A DNA stretch of 59,453 nucleotides, counting the filler, from Basidiobolus ranarum (taxonomy: Eukaryota), in assembly GCA_040143965.1 (NCBI GenBank). It is 6 parts of 6 records of this genome, joined end to end, with 100 filler letters (N's around TTAATTAATTAA, not from the genome) between each part and the next. Parts side by side here need not be neighbours in the genome. Positions count along the whole stretch, not along the records: positions 9,939 to 19,767 come from JASJQH010000775.1; positions 19,868 to 29,695 come from JASJQH010000776.1; 4 more parts are not named here. One strand, 5' to 3'. The notes beneath the pieces were generated by a model. It was given only the letters and a program-made list of their open reading frames with translations, was not told the origin of the DNA and did not search any database. A program made the translations under genes and the position numbers. Of the stretch, positions 12,416 to 24,800 are shown one piece after another (within the stretch, counting starts at the first letter, position 1; each line of letters starts with the position of its first letter).

Positions 12416-12787
12416 ATGAAATCTAGGGTCTCTCAACCATTCACCTATATTGAATGGACTGATCTACAGAGTAGGCTTTAAGCTCTCACTGAACCCTGTG
12501 CTTGTCCTCTTCAGTTTCTCTTCGACAATGGACAATGTACTGATTGGGCTGACGCTCGCTATTATCAACTTACTTGCTACCACACCTAATGATAAGCAAA
12601 TTCTAAGGCTTGGCCTGAGAGCACTATGAACACAAGTGAATCATGTGTTCCATCCATCGTGGTCATCCAACCTGACTCTCAAGGCTGTGACTCTTATGAA
12701 TAGATTGCCGTTGTGAAGAGTATCAACATTGGCAGTAGTGTATGTACCAGTGACTGGAGCTACAGTATTGATGGGTCTCAGATATAA
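12416..12787 (+). pseudogene. CHAP-domain (peptidoglycan amidase/peptidase) pseudogene, bacterial type
   Basis: Single frame FDNGQCTDWADARYYQLTCYHT***ANSKAW..VPSIVVIQPDSQGCDSYE*IAVVKSINIGSSVCTSDWSY follows the CHAP pattern GQCT.W..RY.QL..NA..W..SIVV.QP..QG..YGHVAVVE.IN.DGSV.TS.WN; multiple stops and the catalytic His position is a stop. Confidence 0.75.
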
Positions 12788-13595
12788 TTTACACCCATTT
12801 CTTCAAGTGTTGGTAAACATGTATAGAATGACAAATAACAATAAATAAAGTTTATATATTGGAGATTGCGCTCCTGAAACTCCAAGTCTAAAGTTTAAAG
12901 TTATTAACTTGATGCTATGGGGAGTTTTTTTTACATGTAATTTACAATTTTTTGAATTATATTAAACCTGGTTGACAAGTATTTGTCATAGTTGGTATAG
13001 AAACGGTATCTTAAAAATGTACACATAATGATTGATATAGTAATATCTCTTAGCATAGACTTTCAAATAGCCTATTCATATCCATTTTAGATAGTTAGTC
13101 ACTCTATATAGCTTTTTAGGGCTAGGGAATACTAATAAGGTCATTGAGTATGTGATATAGGGAGAAAAGTAAGTATGTTACTACTCATATACATTGCTTA
13201 CAATCAAATCACATATACTATATTACTGATCATGTATCTATTAGTTGAAAGAGGTTACTTCTATGCATACCAGAGCCTTTTACATACAAAGTTATACAGA
13301 TTCATAAAATATATCTTTCTGCTGTGTACGATCTCACGTCGTCTATAGCTTATTTTAAAATTGCTGTTATTGCTTACTTTACATAATATTAATAGAACAG
13401 TATATTTGTCACATACCAAATACCCATTTTCAATATCTGCTATTTCCTTCATTTTCAAATCAATGTGTAGCTTTAATCCTTTTCCAATTCACATAAGATC
13501 CTATTCTTTTTGATACCAGTTGTTTCATTTAATTAACTTTAATTCCTGAAATATCGCTATGGCGTATACCAAACACTCCGAGTAAGTAAAATCCA

Positions 13596-14855
13596 TTATT
13601 GATTGGAGTTGAAGACCAAAAGATTGGGAGTGGTGCCCTTCAATCCTGTGATCACATTCTTGGTGGCCTTGGAGACAAGTGCAGCATATACTTGAGCAGG
13701 GGTGCTCAAACCACCTTGGGATAGGTACAATGCGGCAACACCAGCAACATGCGGACTGGCCATGCTGGTACCAGAGATCTTCTTGCTAGCTGAGGTACCT
13801 CCGATCCATGCCGAGGTGATGTCTTGGCCGGGTGCTGAAAGTTTGACACATTTACCGTAGTTGCTGAAGCTGGCAGCACCGTCAGTGATGGTGGTGGCTC
13901 CAACTGCGAAAGCTTGTCCAGCATTGGCTGGGGAGACATTGCAGGCATCTTGACTCTCGTTACCAGCGGCAACAATGAATGTGACTCCAGCCTTGACTGC
14001 GGCATCAACTGCTTGCTTCAAGGCCTCACTGTTACCACCACCAAGTGACATGTTGGCAACACTCTTGCGACCACTGGTCTTGGCTTGCTGAGCTACCCAG
14101 TTGACTCCTGAGATGACACCGGAGGTAGTACCGCTGCCACTTCCACTAAGCACCTTGACACCAATGAGCTTGGCCTTCTTGGCTACACCGTACCTGGTTC
14201 CTCCCACTGTTCCAGAGACGTGAGTTCCGTGACCATTGAGATCCTCAGTGGCCTCACCACTGACGAAACTAACGGGAAGGGTGGCTCTACCTCCAAAGTC
14301 GGAATGCTTGACATTGATTCCAGTGTCGATGATATACACATCAACTCCTTCACCCGCTGAGTTAGGGTAGCTGTATGGAGCATTGGCATTCAATGCCCGC
14401 TGAGAGACTCTAGGAAGACCCCAACTTGGTGGGCTGTTCTGAACTCCAGAGACAGTGAACACTTGCTCAGCCTCCACATACTCGACATCACCATTAGTCT
14501 TGAGCTCACTGACAAGGGCCTGGCTGAGTATACCAGCATAAGCATTAAAGTTCTCCAAGGCGAACTTGCTCTTGAGCTCGTTTTTCAGAGCATTATTACC
14601 ACTGCGACCACGGTTGTATTGGTCAAGCTTTGTCTTTAAAAATTGATCCACTAAAATTAGCGTATATACGTATTAGCACTACATCTCATGTTGCTACTGT
14701 TATGACATCACACTCATACCTTTGTTCGAGTCAGCTCCTTCTTTGATCTTGACAATGTAGCGGTTAGAAACATCAACGATTTGTGCTTCAGAGATTGGTA
14801 TAGCCAAAAGCACAGCAATTAGTGAGCCGATAGTAAGAATGCGAACGTTGACCAT
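13596..14855 (-). CDS. Secreted subtilisin-like serine protease (S8A, proteinase K-like) with I9 propeptide; exons 14855-14720 and 14650-13596
   Basis: Signal peptide MVNVRILTIGSLIAVLLAIPISEA, propeptide RYIVKIK, catalytic motifs YIIDTG, HGTHVSG, AAGN, SGTSMASPHVAG. Confidence 0.97.
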
Positions 14856-16028
14856 TTTTTTTCAAGACCAAAGTGATGGGACTGAAGTAGTTAATGAGAT
14901 ATTGTCCAACTTTCGTCATATTTTATATGTTTTGATACAACTGATATCTAGATATCGAAAGTGCATTTAAAGTAGTCTGCAAGTCATTTGACCAGTTCCA
15001 AACTTCACTTCCCTGTTGGGTTCTATTCATGAAGAGTAACTGGGCATTGTTCTCAGGCAAAAGCCAGTCACTATAGCAACATTTCACACGCAGCTTATTG
15101 TTACACAAAGTTTCGTTATCCATTGCAGCCTCTTCTCACCAAATAACTGGTTTCTTCTGATGAAAAGCATTCGTGTATTCCAACTTGGTTATTGATAAAG
15201 TAATAAAAAGGTTTAAAGTAGTTTTTATAAAAAATATCAAGTTAATTCTATTTAATCCCATATATTTCCCCTAAATCCTAATGTTCGGGTTCATCATTTC
15301 TATATTAGTAGTTTACGAAAAATGCAAATGAAACTACTCCCGACATTCAATTGTCTTGGTATCTTCCCAGGTAAGTTATAACTTCATGTTTCGATGGAAT
15401 ATCGATGCGTTATATTCCTCTCATGATATAATCCAGCAACATAGTCATCTTAGAAAATCAATTACGTATTTTGGAAAGTAACATTGAACTTTATCCACAT
15501 GAGCATTGTTACCGATGCACTCACCTGGTATAGTTTGAATACTAATTTTGCCTGTTTGGTGAGCATGCTTTTGCCTTTGAGAGTCAAAAGTCCTATCTCG
15601 TATCAAATAGGGAGGCAAGACGCACACATACCTCTGTATTTGTCTCACAAGTGACTAATAGTACATGAGCAAAACCGTCGGAACTGGATATGTTTGAATT
15701 TACTATGAGAGGTTTGTACTCGGAATTTCATGTGATGAGATGTATTGTCATCTACATTTCATAATATTAGGATGTGTGAGGCTCAACCACAACCTGAACT
15801 GAGTACTCAGTATTTTTTATTATATATACGGTTAATCTAGCCCTACATACCTAGTGAAAATGATCTAATTAGCAACTTTGCTTACGGATAAACATAGATA
15901 TATCTTTAGAAAATGCTTGACATCAAATTTCATATAGAATGTAACAAATGGTCTTCTGCTGTATTTTTTTCAACTATCCTGGGAAACCTCAACAAAATGT
16001 GTCTAAAATGTCAGTATATAAAAATAAT

Positions 16029-16100
16029 GGGCTCAACCGGGAATTGAACCCGGGACCTCCACGACCCGAACGAGGAATCATACGACTAGACCATTGAGCC
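16029..16100 (-). tRNA. tRNA-Pro(CGG), possibly degenerate
   Basis: GGCTCAA/TTGAGCC acceptor stem, anticodon loop TTCGGGT, T arm GTTCAATT. Anticodon stem has a U-U mismatch and the D-loop reads AGTCGT instead of AGTGGT. Confidence 0.85.
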
Positions 16101-16111
16101 CTAGTTATCAG

Positions 16112-16606
16112 TGTATTTATCCTGGTTTTTCAGGTGAGTACAATTTCGGGACTTGATTCACTGATTCCAACTACTACTGATTAACTTTATTTCGATTGTG
16201 CTATTATTACAGGGTTGATCAGGGGAAAATTGAGTGGCATTCCTGCAGGATTTGGGAGTGTGGTAAATTCGAAATTTGTAAACAAAGATGACAACTCACT
16301 TCTAATGTCTTTTAACTTTTGTTTGCGATGTCGGTTCATTTTGAAACTTGTATTTATATTAAAATAAAAGTAGGTAAATATTTTTCTAAAGTTTGGTAAT
16401 GTTTCATGGGGCAGTTCTGGAGATATGCGCATTTTCATGACGGTTTTGGTGATTGTGAGGCGTGTAGGAAAGGTAGAGACATGAAACTTGGTGAAGGTCG
16501 AGGTTTGGTTATTAGCTATATGTGTATAAAATATTGAGAGGATTAAGAAATTATATTGTCTTTGAATTTGCCATCGCTTTTTATTCAGTAATCCAATTTC
16601 GTAACA
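16112..16606 (-). mobile_element. Solo-LTR-like element (495 bp) upstream of tRNA-Pro
   Basis: Minus strand begins TGTTAC and ends AATACA (TG..CA), with an internal TATAAATA and a downstream AATAAA in LTR order; homologous to 11702-11979. No target-site duplication recognisable. Confidence 0.78.
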
Positions 16607-17125
16607 AATATGTTGTCAAACTCGTTGCTCTATTTCGATTAAACCAATTGCGAACTCTAAATATTACTTCTCTTGATTATAATCAGGCTCTTTAAACGTA
16701 TATTCACTAAATATTCAAGTGTAAATAACTGGAAAAATATTTTGTAATAAAACCATTCATGTAGTGATTTACAGCACGCAATAGTATTAACATTTGTAAT
16801 GAATAAAGCAAGAATGGATGATGTTTACTAAGTTATCAATTATTAAGCTATGAAGTGATATCTTAATACCCGACTTCAATATCCATTTAGCTTCTTTCTT
16901 GTTTTCTGAATGCAAAAAATCGCTCAGATTTGTGAACAATAACATCTCTCTTTTTGACCAAGAACATTATCAAATAATAAAATGAGATCATATCAACTGA
17001 AAGCAATGTATGTTATCATTATAGTGTTCTCATATTTTATAGACTCAGATGACTAACTTTACTGATTAGACTTCCGAATAGGTTCAACCAAATAACAAAA
17101 TGTCTTTGGCGCGAAAATACAATGA

Positions 17126-17207
17126 TGATGAGAGTGGGGTTCGAACCCACGCCTCCGAAGAGACTGCGACCTGAACGCAGCGCCTTAGACCACTCGGCCA
17201 TCTCACC
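17126..17207 (-). tRNA. tRNA-Leu(CAG)
   Basis: GGTGAGATGGCCGAGTGGTCTAAGGCG CTGCG-TTCAGGT-CGCAG TCTCTTCGGAGGC GTGGGTTCGAACCCCAC TCTCATCA; full cloverleaf with long variable arm. Confidence 0.97.
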
Positions 17208-18714
17208 TTTCACGATCGACAGAGGACTAATGCCAATCTCGACAAATTATTAGGTATGCAATTACGGAAAAAGAATCCAAAATATATTTGAATATTTTCA
17301 ATGTGTGTACATCATGACAGAAAGATAGCTTGGGTTTCTATCTGATGTAACACTCAGTGTGTGCATCTATATTACCCCATTGCCAAAAGACTTAAAGGAT
17401 TGAAATGTGGAAATACTAAAATATCATGTTGATCACTTATTAACGCAATTATGTAACAATTTCTAAGTTGTTAACTGAAGATTTCTCGGAATCTATGACA
17501 GAAGTGCCTAATCTTGCGGTGTTTGCTCTTTACTGCAATACTAATTTAAAGTAAGATTTATTGTGAGACTCTCTGGCTAGTCGAGAATGAACAAAAACAG
17601 GAGGGGAATTGTATGAGCTATCGAGGTCGTCCAAACAGCACTGAATCATGAATTAGGTAAATGTACTGGATGTTATTGGAAAGTCTAGAAATATACTACA
17701 CATATCGCAGCGGCGATTACTAATTATAAGAATTGATGAAGTGAAACAGTTTGGTGAATAATGGATATCAGAAATGCTTACAAAGCAGCATCCTTTCAAG
17801 ATATAATAGTTGGAGAATTATGGGAAAATACCCTTCATTAATTGCTTTTGTATCCGTTTAGCTGACTCTCAAAGCAACATTTACCAACGAAAAAACCTCT
17901 AATCAGCATTTGTCAATGCAGAAGATATTATTACATATTTCTCGAATACAGAGTAAATTAGAGTGCCGAACAGAATCATCATCGTATTAAAGTAAAATCA
18001 GTTAAACCAGATTTATATATAATTACATTGTTTATCTAAGCAGATCAGTTCTGTTACCTCGATCTCTAACCTATTCAAAAGTAAGCGACACTTACATCCA
18101 CAAACAGCGGCTCATTATTTTCTGGTAGGGGCTTAGATTTACCGACTTCGCTAGCGGTGGCTTCAGGTGGGATTTTCTATTTGGGGATTAGGGTTAGGGC
18201 TAAGACTGTAGTATACTGGAATATATGGTGGCTCGATCAGTCTTTCAGAACCGCTGGAATCCTTTCAAAGATCGGAGAAAAAAAGTACCTAATTTGGTGT
18301 ACTTCAGTGATCAGGATCATTAATAAGGAGATTAACCAAAAGCAGTGTATTAAACTGACGAATGTAAAAGATATTCAAAAATCATTAAAGGGTGGCGCTT
18401 CAAGCGATATTCTAAATTTGTCGATAATTATGTGGAGACATCGGCTTCATTCAAAAACAAGAAACTGAGTCGAAAACATCTGAATGAGATGAGAACGTAC
18501 AGGAAGGGTAAATGCTTCAACCAACGATGCTTCCTCCAATAGTTCAATCAGAAGAATTGTCTAGTCCCTCGGTGCAGATTAACTATATGAACTTGTTCTG
18601 AATTATCAACTCCGACATTTAGTGTTTCATCAAGTATAAGTAGTGGCACCTGCACCTACACTAAAACTCAATTCAATACTTCTCCACTCTTTCGAAGAAC
18701 AATTAACATTTACC

Positions 18715-19767
18715 ATGGTTGGAGTCAAGCTTCTTACCTCCATTTCTCTTCTGGCCACCTCCACCATGGCTTGGGTTTGGCCCATGCCTCAGCAGATGGA
18801 TGTTGGTTCCGACATTCTCCGCCTTGACGAGCGCCTCAGGATTGACTTCGAGACTCCTTGTAATTCTGACCAGACTTACTATGGTAACTATGTGACCCAT
18901 TGTGACGACTACAATATCCTTCGCAACGCTGTCAGACGCTACCGTAAATTGATCTTTAATAAGGGTGAATTTGGCAACCAATTAGACACCGTCTCAGAGA
19001 CAGTATTCCCAATTCCCGTTACCTCTGTTCCTTCTCTTCCACCTCAGCCAAGAGGGGATTACCGTTTCATCAATAGACTCTTTATCAAAGTTAAGGAAGA
19101 TAACCTCCGTCTTCAACTTGATACCGATGAGTCATACACCCTTGATGTCCCAACTGAGGGCGACGCCGTTATCGAAGCTAACAGTGTTTATGGAGCATTA
19201 CGTGGTCTCGAATCCTTCTCTCAACTCGTAAAATGGCACAGCTCCACCGATGAGCACCGTATTCCTTTGGCTCCAGTTCATATTACTGATTATCCCAAGT
19301 TCGCACATCGCGGTATTCTCATCGATACTTCTCGTAATTATCTCAGTCCCAGAGATATCAAGAGAACCCTAGATGCTATGTCCTACAACAAGCTCAATGT
19401 TCTTCATTGGCATATGCTTGACTCTCACAGTTTCCCTCTCAAATCTTCTGTATATCCCGAATTAGCTAAGGGTGCCTATAACGCTGAATGGGTTTATGAC
19501 GAACGTACTGTCCGTGACATTGTTAGATATGCCAAAGAACGTGGTATCCGTGTTATGCCTGAATACGATATTCCAGGCCATTCCTATTCTTGGGGTATTG
19601 CTATGCCTGAGATCGTTTCCTGCATGAACAGACAGTCTGACTGGTCTGATTTCGCTGCTGAGCCCCCAAGTGGTCAACTCAATCTCATTAACCCCAAGAC
19701 CTTAGAAGTTGTTCGCAACCTTTTGAAGGAAACTACCAAGTGGTTTGATGAAGAACTCTTCCATATC
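18715..19767 (+). CDS. Secreted beta-N-acetylhexosaminidase (GH20), 3'-truncated by contig end
   Basis: Signal peptide MVGVKLLTSISLLATSTMA then VWPMPQ; DESYTLDV, GALRGLESFSQL, DYPKFAHRGILIDTSRNY, KLNVLHWHMLDSHSFP, RGIRVMPEYDIPGH. Confidence 0.96.
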
Positions 19768-19867
19768 NNNNNNNNNNNNNNNNNNNNNNNNNNNNNNNNN
19801 NNNNNNNNNNNTTAATTAATTAANNNNNNNNNNNNNNNNNNNNNNNNNNNNNNNNNNNNNNNNNNNN
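19768..19867. other. Artificial contig linker
   Basis: N run + TTAATTAATTAA + N run. Confidence 0.99.
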
Positions 19868-20031
19868 CTAGCACAAGTTTGAAAAATCTATATATCTGAG
19901 AACTTCTAAGTTGGTAAAAATATTCCAAGTAAATTCCAATTGAGAATAATTGATAATATCTTAGAGAGTTATAAGATAGCTAAGTACTAAGCTATATATG
20001 ACTATACAGGTGCTTAGGCAATGCTAATTTC
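19868..20031 (+). repeat. Dispersed repeat family A (DNA-transposon end-like), partial copy
   Basis: Aligns with 35238-35401 (CTAGCACAAGTTT.AAAAATCTATATATCT..AACTTCTAAGTTGGT...TAGGCAATGCTAATTTC). Confidence 0.85.
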
Positions 20032-21599
20032 AACATCAAATTGCTACCAGACAGCACTTTATTGGAAAAATCTAATAGCAATTTGGACTTTGCCTCTACT
20101 TCAGGTTTGAAAACGGGCATAAGACTACACTTAAAGGCTTACATATTTTCTAATCACAATTGAACTCACCAATGCATTTCAAAATAATGACATTCTTAAT
20201 TAATATTTGTGATATTTAAGTAAGCTTGTACTAATGACAATTCAGGATCACTTCACTCCTATTAGGTTTACCATACAGCAGAGTATGACTCTTCATATTA
20301 CCTTGGATAGCATCATTGAACTTCAAGTAAAGTTTATTGATCTATTGTTTTGATGATATTATGTTAGCTACGTACACAACTTCTTCTCTACAAACATTAT
20401 GATATAAATATTTAGCACTTGGATAAAGTAGATTTTGTATCGCAAATAATTTAGAGTGTGATTGTTGAAAACAGTGATTTATGGAATAATACTCTCAATG
20501 GAAAGCAAACCTAGGATCCACACGATACCTAGTTTCCATATCTCATCATAGATGATAATGATCAATACTACCATTTGACATGTCCTGATTACATAATTCG
20601 GGGCAGTGTTCCTCTCAGTAGATCCTAGGATGGAGTATTGCTTATGATATGGTAGTTTCAAGTAATTTTGGAGAGTCCTTGCTATTATAATACTTGTACT
20701 ATTGGTTTTAGAAGATACATTTCTTCTCGTAACTGTGATTCAACCTAATCGCTAGTGAGCAACTACCATGGTATTGTATCATTCATGGCGACTGTCATCC
20801 ATTCCAAAATTCTTCCAAAAGTTAAATACCTGTTGATTAACATCTCTATATATTTTTCTCTGACATTTGTGCTCATCATGCATACGACATAATAGAAGAT
20901 ATTTGTTTTGTGGCAAATGGTGCTTTACCACAATATATAAATTCCTAGAAAATGCACTAAATAAGGACCTTTATTCTTACAAATAGTACACGTAAAACGG
21001 GCAGAAAGCTTTCTCGGTGGTCAAAGGGCTTTCAGACTATTGAAAAATATTATGTAGCAGCTACATAAGACTACTTAGCTTAATGTGAACAAAGAGAGAA
21101 TCCTCCTCGAGATTAAGGAACATTTGCAAGAACTGTATCGCAACAATAAAAAGATTTGGAGATTCATTAGGAAAGATACTATGAGGATATAAGAAAGAGT
21201 ATACTGTGACTAAAAAAATCACAGGACAAATATGTGACAAGAGCAGGAATATTGTACTTGGTATTTGCACGTTGAAATATCGAGTGTAGTACTAATCAGT
21301 CAAATTTTCACAATTTCAAGTTCTTTGAGAATGCCAAACTTCTATATTATAGTTATATATGCACCCCAACATATTCCATGATATTTAATGAAGCTGTGTT
21401 CTGATGGCTACTCTTCCACATTTACATAAACGAGATCTGTATAAGATGAATATCAATTGTAAATCGCACCGTGTTTCTAATTATTCTCATAAACTCGACT
21501 AGTTCCCTGCTATTTTCCACAAATTAATTGAGTACCTAAAATCCTCCATGATCGTGGACTCCAGTAACTTGACTAAGATATTTCAATAGAATAAGTAAT

Positions 21600-21850
21600 T
21601 GAAGAAGTTTTCAACAGCTCCAAGAATCACGGAAATAAAAAAAAGTAAACTACATTGAAAGATATCGACAGGAAACTTCAACAAGGAGATCTTGATGAAT
21701 TGCTATTATTTATCCTATCTGGATCTCCAAATCGAGATTTTTGTATTTGACATGTACATGGAATCGTACATCAGACAAGTAATGGTCTCCATATAAAATA
21801 TCCGTGACTTCCAATAACATCTGAAAACTGTTGATAGCACGTTGGCGCAA
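21600..21850 (-). pseudogene. Possible degraded BTB/POZ-domain gene fragment
   Basis: ILYGDHYLSDVRFHV..*IIAIHQDLLVEVSCRYLSM* resembles the BTB start L..D..SDV.F.V...HK.IL...S.YF..M; in-frame stops present. Boundaries approximate. Confidence 0.3.
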
Positions 21851-24800
21851 CAGGTTTAAGTATATTTAAAGAATTGAGAAGTGATGATTTACTCCGGAAG
21901 AAGATCGAAATTCTTCAATGAGGATGTAACATCATTAGTGCTTACATAGATCTATAGCATCCACTTATGCCTGACATACATCTTATCGAATGAAAAAGCT
22001 AATCAATAACCAAGGTGACACTCTAGAGGTATTCATGGTCATGTGAAAGGCAACAGCTTTGCCTACGCTTCAATATTCGGGACACCAGTAAAAGGATACT
22101 TCAATCACAGTTTACACTGCTCGTTTACGTTTATTGGTACGCCACAAAATCGTATATTCTTATGCATGCCAGCTGGCTGTTTGTTACTTCTAGAAAAAAC
22201 CAATAAAATACTGTAAACAGTTCTAGGCTTGGTTATTGCAAGACAGGTGATCGTTTTACAATGGGCAAGCATTTCCCAGTTAGGATAGGAGCCGCTTCAA
22301 CAGCCATCATGGCTATCAATACTGAATATCAATTAAATCTGACTGTAGATTTCGTGAAGCGATTAGATCCTGCATTTCTAGATATTCAATGTAAAGCGTA
22401 CACCAGCTCTGAGTTTGTAATAGATATTATATACTTGGTTCAGGGAATCTATACTACTTATTCATCATTGGTCAACACGTATATTTCTCGAATACATAGA
22501 GTTAATTTTAGAAGGTTAGCACAAAAGAGTAGTCCTGATCCAGAAGTCCTGATCCAGAATCTTCAATGATCAGGATCCTCATCTGAATAATGAACACTAC
22601 AATCGATGTACCACCATCTTATTTATTTTTTATCAATATGAAACCTCAGAGTATACCACGTAAGCACGTATATTATATTGTACTGACAGATCTATCCTTA
22701 AAACAACTACATTATTAATTTGTTTAACCAACATATTGCTTGTTCATCCTCAACTGGATTAGGTTGAGATGAATCTTAATTCACTATCATTCCCCCGAAT
22801 GAAGGAAGTGAAATTCAAGAATTTGCGCGACTACGACTTCTTTACATTAGGATAGAGTTTCTATATGGCCACTGCTATCAGCCATTTTCCTGATGTTCTC
22901 CGAGCTACGAGCAGTGTTTGCGGATTAAAAACTATACGCCATGCACAGTGTTCTAAATATTACAATGTATTCCACACTTTTTCTTTATATACTAACTTAT
23001 TTGCCTCTCGAGAAATGCGAATAATCATGTCTCGATGGCCTTCTTCATCACATTTCACTTGCCCCATTAGATGGCATTTATGCTTGACCTAAGACATCAT
23101 TCACAGTAAACCAGGCCTTCAAATCCTAGGCATTGTAATTAGATCCTCAAATATTTAATAAATCCGTCTGCTATATCACACCGATGCTTCAACAGAATAC
23201 TGTGACTCGTGAAAACCATCGGTGATGGCTGCAAATACAACTTTTCTGTGTACCTCTAACGGTCTTTGAACATTTTCTTACTTCCAGGACATTTAAATTT
23301 GGGGCATCGATCTCGATAAGAATTACTCCGCCAGCATCTCTGTACAACCAGTAGCACGCAGATGCAGAAGATATAGTAAATTTCATTAATATATATTACC
23401 TGTAGTATGTGAAGAGTTCTACAAATCTTCTGATTAGGAAATGTCCGATTTATATTTTGAGGCTTGGCATGAGGACTATCAAGGAAAATCAACGAAGAGG
23501 GCCATTCCAAAATTCACAATGTAGGCTAACAGCATTGTTTTTCAGATTTATTCACGCTTGACTCATCTACATCTCTGTACTTGGCTATCAATAGAACCAC
23601 TGGAAACCTACTCTGAATATTCTAATATTTATGTCTTCATACAAGAAAGTATCAATAATGATGTTACGTCGCACATCGATGATCGATCAATTTAGTGATT
23701 GGTGTGATCCGCCAAAGCATTTACTAAGATTAGAAGCATCAACAGGTTTCTAGAAGCATCGTTGGTTCTCATCCTAAGATCCTATCGAGGTATAATGTAT
23801 AAATATATACTTAGAAGCCAGATTGGTCGCGACACCAACCAGGTACGTCCAATAACACGAGGTATTGCGATGCCAAAGATCGGTGAGACACGTTAATGAC
23901 AATGCTTTTCATATGAAATGTACTCGAGTCTACATTATGATATATCATTAATAAGCTTGGATAACCAGACATATAGAATCCTGTATGCTGACTTCAAATG
24001 AAAACTCACTGTTGTTTATTGGAGCAACAAAATTCAATTAAATTTTCATTCGTAACAAACTTGTTTAAATCTGTTTCGATAAACTATTTTATATTTTGTC
24101 TATCCTCTAAACGCCCACACGATAAACCACGAATTGGCTCCATCTTCTGATTAATAATTGTAATAGACCACACAACTTGCGTGAATAGTTGCTGTCGAGT
24201 TATTTCGCTCGAATAATTTCCTTTTTCTTCGGTCTATTGTACTTGCGGCATCGAATCCATCTCTCTCTTGCTTGCAATACGTAAGACGTTTTTTCTCTAG
24301 CATAGTTCATACACCTATAATAATCAATATAGCACTTACATATTTTTCGGCCAATTATGTGCTTATTCAGTCAGAATGTTGATAATGTGACCCACTCTAT
24401 TCGAATTGTTATGAGATTTCCTTTCTTCTTGTACGCCTCGTTCTATAAGCAATATATCTCAAGTGAGAACCATCAGAAATTCTTGAAAGAACATGATCTC
24501 CGTGACGTTATTGGAATGGTCATTACCGACCCGTGTCAAACTCCATTGCGCCCCCACTAAGCTCTAACATATTTCTTCAGCTGGGCCTTCTTCTAAAATA
24601 CTTATTGTGGACACTTCGAACATTCCCAATCACTATAAGCACCTGACAAGATCAATTGAACCATAACTGATTGGAGCGACGCCACTACTTCCGCACCGGT
24701 AAGGCTATCTTCAACAAATTTGTTCCAGCCCTGTGATGATCCATTAACTCTTGCCACTGTTTATACATGCTTTACGCATTCATGAACAAGATTATCCCAA

